A DNA stretch of 30,601 nt from a virus (Duplodnaviria > Caudoviricetes), in the IMG/VR virus record IMGVR_UViG_3300037157_000005, positions 1 to 30,601 of that record; one strand, written 5' to 3'. Positions 17,501 through 26,500 of the stretch are shown one piece after another. The notes under the pieces are model-generated. The model made no database searches and was not told the origin of the DNA. It saw only the letters and a program-made list of their open reading frames with translations. Position numbers and translations under genes: made by a program. How positions within the stretch are numbered: the first letter of the stretch is position 1; each line of letters starts with the position of its first letter.

Positions 17501-20500
17501 TGCGCCGTCTGATTCACCTGGTGCGCCTGAAGCAAGCGGCCAGCAGCCTGCCGGCGATGGCATCGCCGCGCCCACAGGGACTCCCGAGCCTGCCGAAGCT
17601 GCCGGGAGTGTAAGCCACGCCCTGCCGCACGCCCTCGCCGGCGCCAAGCCGCGCTATAGCTATGGCCCCAAACAGTTCGATCTGACGTTCGCCGACGATC
17701 TCGATAAGGCCGCATACATCTCAGCGCAGCCCAAGCGTTCCAAGCATGACGCCGATTACGTGAAGTGGGCGCGCGAACAGTCGGGCGCGTCCGAACAGGC
17801 CGTGCGGGATGCCGGCGCGCACGTGCGCGATCACATCAAGGCAATGGCACGCAGCGCGGAGCCTGGCGTGTTGCACGTGCCGGCGATCGCGCGGGAAAAA
17901 TTGAAGGCGCCAGCCCCCAGCCCCGAACCCCCAGCCCCCGCACCCGTCATTCCGCCGAAAGCGCCGACCAAGGGCGACATACCGCCGCAAGTGCGCACGC
18001 GCGTGAAGTGGGCCGTCGATACACTGAACGGCATCGCCGAAAAGCTGAAGCACGCCCGCGAGGCGGATCGCCAGTTTGGCAATGAAGGCCGGTACGAGTG
18101 GGAGACGTGGGAGAGCATCAACGACCGCGACAAACACATCGCCCAGGCGAAAGAGACGCTGGCGCTGTTCCGCGAGATGGCCACCGGCAAAGGCATCGAC
18201 CCCGAGGCCCTCATTAACGATCTGGGCGGCATCGGCGATTACGAACCGTCCGCTAAAGGCCGCGAGTGGGGCGGGCAGAAATCCTCAGCCCCCAGCCCCG
18301 AACCCCCAGACGCACCCCAGGCGGTCACCGCCGACGAGTACGTCGCGTCACTCACGGGCGATTCGAAGAACTTTGCCCAGCAATGGCTTGACCATCGAAG
18401 AGGAAAAGGGCCAGCGCCCGACGCCAGCAAATTCACATTCACCGAATCCGATGGAGACGCCATCGTCATTCGTGCGCGCATCAACGCCCGCGTGGACCAG
18501 GAAGAACAATCGCCCGTGGCCGCGCCAGCCGCCAAACAGCCATTGAAAGCCGGCTTTATGGTCGAAGGCCAGCCGTTCGCCATCGGTAAACTTCATTACG
18601 TCATTGCGGTGGTCAACCATCAGGGCAAGTTACTCGGCCAAGCGCATATGTTTTCGAGCGGCGCGCGCAGCGACCAGGTGGCAGGACGCAACGGCGACGG
18701 CACATGGCACAAATCGGGCGCCTGGATAGGTCAGCAGTGGGCCGACGCGCACGGCGCGCAGCTCGAAGAGGAATACCAGAAGATCGCCGCGCACGTGGAA
18801 CCCGCGGCCGCCACTATCCCGCCCAAAGCGCCGACGAAAATGGGCACCCCCGAACAGCGCCAGCAGGTTTATCAAATGGCCGCCGACGCCCTGTTTACCT
18901 GGGCGAACGATGTGCAGCGCCAGCTTGCGCAAGTGGATTGGAAACCGCAGGCCGACGACACGGCGGTAGCGCAGCTCCGCAAAGTCATTGCCCGCGCCGA
19001 AGAGATCGAAAAGACCGTCGCCGCTCCCGAAAATTCGCCTGCCGCCGACGCCCTGCACGCGCGCCTCCAGTTTGCGCGCGGACAATTATCCGACTTGGAA
19101 AAGCGGATGGCCGCCGCGGAACCCGTTGCCAGCGAGCCCGACCTCACCGACAAAGAGAAAGCCTTTATCGACGCCGCCTACGAGCGCCTGCGCGGCGAAG
19201 GCTTCAAAGACAATCCCGACCTGCAGCGCTTCGCCACCGAAATCTTCGGCGGCGATCGCCACGCCGGCAAGTGGAACATCAAGCAGGTTTACGATCTGCT
19301 GGAGGCGGCCGTAGCCAAGTACATCGACAGCCACCGCCAGGGCTTCACGCCCAAAGCGGCCCTCGCCGAAGTCCGCGCGCTGATGGCGAAACTGCCGCGC
19401 CAGGTGGACCGTACCGCGGGACAAGAAGCCTTCCAACAATTCTCCACGCCGCCGACGATCTCGCTCCTCGCGGCCGTGGCCGCGCACTTCGGGAAATCCG
19501 ATATCGCGCTCGAACCTTCCGCCGGCACCGCCATGCTCGCCGTGTGGGCGAAGGCCGCCGGCGTCGCGCACATCGAAACCAACGAAATCGATCCGCACCG
19601 CCGCGCCATCCTGCGCTATCTGGGATTCACTCCCACCGCGCACGATGCCGAGCAGCTTCACAACCTCACCGAAACGCGCCCCACCGTAGTCGTCATGAAT
19701 CCGCCTTTTTCGGCGGCCGGCAATCGCGGCATCACCAAAGATCAGACCGTGGCGCAACGCCACGTCGAACAGGCGCTACACATGCTCGTCGACGGCGGGC
19801 GCCTGGTGGCGATCCTCCCGGGCGGACGCACCGGAATGCCGACCGAAGGCGCGGCGCTCGATGGCGGCTGGAGCAACTGGTGGGAGAAGATCGCGGCCAC
19901 TTACAACGTGCGCGCCAACGTCTTGCTCCCCGGCAAAGAGTACTCGAAATACGGCACCACTTACCCGACGCGCCTCGTGGCGATCGATAAGACCGGCGCG
20001 ACACCGGGCGGGAAAAGCGCGATACTGAGCACAGATGCCGCCGACCTCGACGCCGCCCTCGAAATCGCCGCCCAGATTGGAAGCGACCGCCCAAACCTTG
20101 CTCAACCAGGTGTGGGACCTGTTCAGCCTCGCGCTGGAGAAGTCTCCGGATCTGGAACAGATGTTGCCGACGTTTCAAATCCCGACGACCAAGGCAGTCC
20201 ACGACAGCCTGGACCAGTGGGATCCGATCGCGTTCCTGGCGAAGTGGAAGCGGGTAAACCCGAGCCTGCCGCCGCGGAGGGTAGCGGAGATCGCGGACCA
20301 GGACGACCCGAGCCTGCCGGATCTGCGGACAGTGGCGCAAGCGGCGATGCAAGTCCTCTCGCCGGAAACGGATTAGCGGGCGCGCTGGGCGTTTCGCCCG
20401 AAGACCTCATCGACCAGATTGCGGAAGCGCTCGGCGCTCCTGCTGCTGCTGCCGAACCGAGTTCTAAACCCACTCCCGCGGCAGCACCGGCGCCCAAAAA

Positions 20501-23500
20501 ACGCATTCCGCCGAAGGCACGCACCAAAGGACAGAAGGCCCCCGCACCGGCCCCGGCCCCGGTACCGGCGCCGCCCGTCAATCCGCTGAAGGCTGCCGCC
20601 GAGGCTGCCGCCAAACGGCTCCGCGACAAATACCTGAACGGCGCGCAGCTCAACATCGGCCTCGACCCCGCCGACGCGAAAGACGTCATGGTCATGGGCG
20701 CATCGCTCATTCTCGACGGCGCGCACAAGTTTAAGGATTGGTCCACGCGCATGGTGGAATCCTTCGGCCCGCTGCTGAAGGCTATGGCCGCGCAGATCGG
20801 CCAGAGCGTACAGAATCTCCTGCGCGACATTCACCAGCTCGCCGCCGCGGCGGCCAAGCGTTTCGGCGTGGAAGCCGAGGCGACGCCCGCCGCGGAGCCC
20901 GAAGCGAAACAGCATCCCGCCGTCAAGCTGGGCCTGAATCCCCTAGCGCATCAACAGCAGGACGTGGGCGGCGGTACGTTCACGCATTACGTTCCGGCGA
21001 AGCTCATCGGCGGCGCACCCCACCCAGCCCCCATCGTCCAATCCGCGCCGCTCGCCGCCGTGGATCCGCCCGATATCACTTACCTGCCGAAGTTCGATCC
21101 CGCGCTCATGACCGATGGCCGCATATCGAACGTGCAGCTCGAAACCATCGCCTATGCAGGCCAGCGCCATGCGCGCAAACTCGCGGACGGCACGCGCGCA
21201 GGTCTGTTTATCGGGGATGGCACCGGAGTTGGCAAGGGCCGCGAGATCGCCGGCATCATCCTCGACAATTGGGCGCAAGGCCGCAAGCGTTCGATCTGGG
21301 TATCCGCCTCGCAAGACCTGATCGAAGACGCGCAGCGCGATCTGACCGACCTCGGCGCGGCGATCCCCATTCGCGTGGTGAATGACTGGAAAGCCTCGGC
21401 TCCGATCGATCTCGACGCCGGCATCGTGTTTCTCACTTATAACTCGCTGATCGGTGAGTCCGACGATCCGAGCGACCAGAATGCCGCGCCCAAAACGCGC
21501 CTCGACCAATTGACGAAGTGGCTGGGCGACGATGGCGTAATCGTCTTCGACGAAGGCCACCGCATGAAAGGGGCGTTCGACGACGGCGCCGGCGAACCCA
21601 CCAAGACCGGACAAGCCGGCATCGATCTGCAGGACCATCTGCCGAATGCGCGGGTAGTCTACGCCTCGGCCACCGGCGCAACCGAAGTCCGCAACATGGC
21701 TTACATGACCCGCCTGGGCCTGTGGGGCGACGGCACGCCATTCCCGCAGTTCGGCAACTTCCTCGCCAGGATCGACCAGGGCGGCGTGGGCGCCATGGAG
21801 GCCGTCTCGCGCGATCTCAAGGCGCACGGCGCTTATATGGCTCGCACGCTTTCGTACGAGGGCGTCCAATACGACGAAGTACATCATCACCTTTCCGACG
21901 CGCAAAAGCACGTCTATGACACCGCCGCGAACGCATGGCTCAAAGTCATCGCGAAAATTCAGGATGCCATCGTCTCGACGCACGCACCAGGCCGCGCCCG
22001 CGCCCGCGCGCTCTCGCAATTCTGGGCGACACACCAATTATTTTTCAAGCGGCTCATTACCGCGCTGAAGGTTCCTACCGCCATTACCGAAATTCAGAAG
22101 GCGCTCGACAACCATCAGAGCGTCGTGGTTTCCGTGGCCACCACCGGCGAAGCGCAGCAAAAACGCATGCTGCAACAGGCGCGCGAGAATGGCTCCTCGC
22201 TCGACGATCTGGATTGGTCTCCGCGCGAAGTGCTCGACCATCTCATCGCCCAAGTGTTTCCGATCCATGCCAACGAAGAGTATGTGGATCCGAAGACCGG
22301 CCAGAAGAAATGGCGGCCGGTCAAAGACGCGGACGGAAACCCCGTGATCGACCGCGTGGCGCTCGCCCAGCGCGAGGCCTTGCGCGACTCCCTCACCGAC
22401 GTGGCGCTCCCCGGCAACCCCATCGACTTGCTGCTCGAAAAGTTCGGTCCCGAGAACGTGGCGGAACTGACCGGCCGCAAGGAACGTATCCAGGCCAACG
22501 CCCAGACCGGCAAGAAGGAAGTCGCCAAAAGGAAATCCGAAGGCGTAGCGGCGAAGAAAAACAACCTCGCGGAAATGGCGGCATTCCAGGCGGGCAAGAA
22601 ACACATCGCTATCATCAGCGACGCGGCATCGACGGGCATCAGCTTGCACGCCGACCGGCGCGCGGGCAATCAGCAACAGCGCGTACACATCGCCCTCGAA
22701 TTGAAATGGAGCGCGGATAAGCAGCTCCAGGACTTCGGCCGCACCCACCGCTCGAACGAAATGAGCGCGCCTAAATACGTGCTGCTCTCGACCGACCTGG
22801 GTGGCGACAAGCGCTTTTCAGCGACCATCGCCCGCCGTCTCGCTTCGCTGGGCGCACTGACGCAAGGCTCGCGCGATGCGTCGGCCGGCGGCGAGATCGC
22901 CAAGTACAATTTCGAATCGACTTACGGCCAGCAGGCCGTGACGACTTTGCTCGCCGAACTGGCGCGGCAGCAATCCAGCCCGCGCGAGATGCAGGTGTGG
23001 GCCATCAAGCAAAACGCGTTTAAGAATTTCGGCGGCGAAGGCGCCCTCACTGCGCGCTACACCGGCGAACGCATGCGCGAGATTCTGGGCCTCCGTCCCG
23101 ATCAAAATCTTAACGGCATCGGGAGTCCCGAGGGCCGCGGCATCATCCGCCAGCTCACCCGCCGCGATGTGACCATCGGCGACGAATCGGCCGCGGGAAC
23201 TTACCAATTCACCGACGAAGTACGGGACGCCACCGCACCCGCCCAGGACGGCCGCGAGCTGCTCGCCAAGATCGGCCTGATGCGGCGCAACGATCTGACG
23301 CGCTTGCCCGAGGGCAATCCTATCCCTGCCGGCGTGCCGCAATTCCTCAATCGCGTGCTTTCGCTCCCCGTGGCCGAACAGAATAACCTCTTCGAACGCT
23401 TCGTGAACCTGTTCGCCAACGCCATCGAGACGGCCAAACGGCAAGGTTCGTTCGATGAAGGCGTCGAGGACCTCAAGAACGCCGAAGCTATCCGCGTAGT

Positions 23501-26500
23501 GCATTCCGACCTGGCGCACCAAGCCGACGATGGCGCACAGACCTGGCACTACCACCTGGAGATCGACGAGAAGACCGAACCGCTCTCCTGGGCCGACGCC
23601 AACCAGCGGCGCAGTCTCCGCGATAGCGTGGATCCGATCCGCAGCGGTCGGCCGTCCGGGTTCTACAAACAGAACCGCAGCGGCAACATCGTGCTCGCCG
23701 TCAATGGCGGCACATCCACCAACCTGGACAGCGGCGCGACCTCGCGCAATTATGCCCTGTCGCGTCCCAACGGCGCGGTGGAGCGCATGGCTACCGCCGA
23801 GTTCGACGAGAAGTACTCGCCCGTCTCGGAAGAAGAAGCGCGGCGCTGGTGGAACGAGAAATATCAGGGTGTGCCCAAGATCCGCACGCGCGAGCTGCAT
23901 TTGATCGGCGGCGCGATGCTGCAATTCTGGGATCACCTGGAACATGCCGGCGCGCACGGTATGCACGTCATCCGCGCGCAGGCCGACGACGGCCAGCGAG
24001 TTGTCGGCGTCGAGATTCCCAACCGCGCCGTGGCGGAAGTGCTGAAGGCTTTGGGCGTCGGACGCGAAGCCACCGACCCCGCGGATGTATTCGCCGCGCT
24101 GGGGCAAGGCGCGGAAATCCAACTGGCGGGCGGCCTGAAGCTGCGCGCCACCAAAGTCCACCGCGAGGATGCCTATGAGATCGCGGACGCCAAGCTCGCC
24201 GACTTCTCCACCATCGAAGCGGCCGGCGCGATCGCCGAACGCATCGACGGCAAGAAGCGCTTTTTCATTCCGACCGAACAGGCAGCAGGCCTGCCCGTGC
24301 TGAAGGCAATTCTCGACCGCTGGCCCGTGATGCGCGCGAATACCGGCGATCAATTGCACTCACGCCGCCGGGGAGAGCGTGGGCCGATTTTTGAACAGTT
24401 TCGTCACGACGAAAAGGGCGCCACGGCTGCCTTGGTAAAAGCTCAGAATGGCGAGGCCATCGGAGCACTTGAGGATAAGAAGTTTGGGTACGGCGACGTG
24501 GATCTAGTCTGGGGATACAAAGGCATCGCCCCTCCAGAGTGGAAACAAGGCTACGGCCTGGCGCATATCCTGGCAAAACATCCGTGGCTCAAAAACCATT
24601 TACAGGAGATGTTCGACCGAATGACGCGCGCGGCGGCCCATGGACCCGAGCGAGTCGATCTATCGAATGAGCGAGGTGAACACGCAGTACTCGCCTTGAC
24701 TTGGTTTGGGCGGGAAAAGAAAACATGGCTTCTCACGGAATACGATAAGCCGCCAGCTTCCGAACGAATCCTTGACGGTTCCGGTAATCCCGTTTCCGGG
24801 ACCAGCAGGCCGACTTCCCCACTGACTGGCGGCTCCGATACTAGTGTGACGCCACCGAAGGCCCCAGTCAAGAGTGACGGCACGCTCGACGCACGGCGCG
24901 GTACTTCCCCTGGTTCCCTGGCTCCCAACGCGCCCCGCGCCGTCTACAAGCGCGGCGTCGTCTTCGCTAACCCCGCCGCCGTCGCGCTGATTCACCGCGC
25001 CGAAAAAACTCATGACGAATGGGACGCCACTCTATTGAGTGCCCCCAGCGCGTTCGCGCTGCGCGGCGCGCTGATGCGGATGTCGATGGGCAACACGCCC
25101 GACAAAGACGCGCTGCGCTCGCTTGCCGAGATGCTGGCCGAGGCGCAGAAAGAAAACGCCGAGGTGCTCCTCACCGAAGTGAAGCCCGGCGAATCCTTCG
25201 CCTCGCTGAAATCGAAGATCCGCCACGAACGCATGCACCGCGCACAACACGCGCTGGCCGCCAGCGGCAGCGTGCGCGATCACGTCGATTGGGACACCCT
25301 GCTCAATCATCCGCTGGCCGGACGCGCCGCGAAGCGATTGATGAACGACGGCTATCCCGCCGACGATCCGATCCTGGCAGCGGAGATCGGCGCGCACCTG
25401 GCGAGCGGACCCATAGGCTGGAAACGCATGGGACTCTCGGACGCCGATGCCTTCGCACTCTACCGCGCTTACGTGAATCTGTTGAACGCCACGCACGTCA
25501 AGGACGTGAACGCGCACCTGGCGCATGTGGACCCGCGTTTAGCGACAATCAGGTATGGACAAGAAACCGCCGCACAACCCGACGCGCGATCTCATGCGGG
25601 CAGCGAAAGTGAATCCGAAGGCCTTCGAGGAGGAGTTTCGGAAGCAATTCCCGACAGCGGACCTCAGCAAGACCTGTTCGGATCCGCCGACAGCAACGCC
25701 GCAGCCGAAGCCGCCGGCAGAGCAAAACTCACCGCCGACCAGCTAACCGCCGAATTTAACTCGCCCACGCGCGGCAAGACCAAACGCGCTCCCAAGCCCG
25801 TCCAGACGTCCATCTTCGACGAGACGCCCGAAGACGATCAGCCATCGCTGTTCTCCCGGCGCCGCCAGTATCTCGATACGACCCAAGACCCCGCCACCAC
25901 GCGCAGCGGCCGCGTCAAAGCGCAAGTGCTCGAACCGCTCGCCGACGTGGCGCATTTCGTCCACGAGACGCGCGACGATTTCCGGCGCGTCTTCAATCCC
26001 GCCGCGCTGCCACAGGCCGACCGCGCCGCGCTCAATCTGCGCTATCAGGCGGCCACGCAGGCCCGCGACTACGCGCGCGTCGAGCGCGCCCTGTCGAAAG
26101 CCCGCGCCTACTTCGCCGGCCAGCCATGGGATGACAACCTCGCTTTCATCAACCGCATCGAAGCCAACGAACCGCAACCGAACGAGCAGCTCCAACAGAT
26201 CGCCGACGTCATGCGCGAGGCTCTCGACCGCTACCGCGATGCCGTGCAGGGCCTCGGCACGGGTAAGTTGTCTACGTTCTATGAGACTTACTTCCCGCAT
26301 CTGTGGCAGAGGCCGGCGCAGGCCGTCGACGCCTTCAAAATGATTTTTGCCCGCCGTCCGATCGAGGGCACCAAGAGTTTCCTGAAGCAACGTAAATTTC
26401 AGAGCTTCCAGGAAGGCGTCGATGCCGGCCTGAAACCAGTGTCGGAGAATCCCGTCGATCTGGTGCTGGCGAAGACCATGGAGATGGGCCGGTACTTGCT

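Noticed and set aside
18076-18546. Additional +1-frame ORF in the giant gene
   Set aside because: Host frame encodes globular-looking sequence here and the +1 peptide is S/P/R filler; no clear codon-bias switch
24772-24800. Plus-strand promoter from TTGACG
   Set aside because: No -10 hexamer at 16-18 nt spacing
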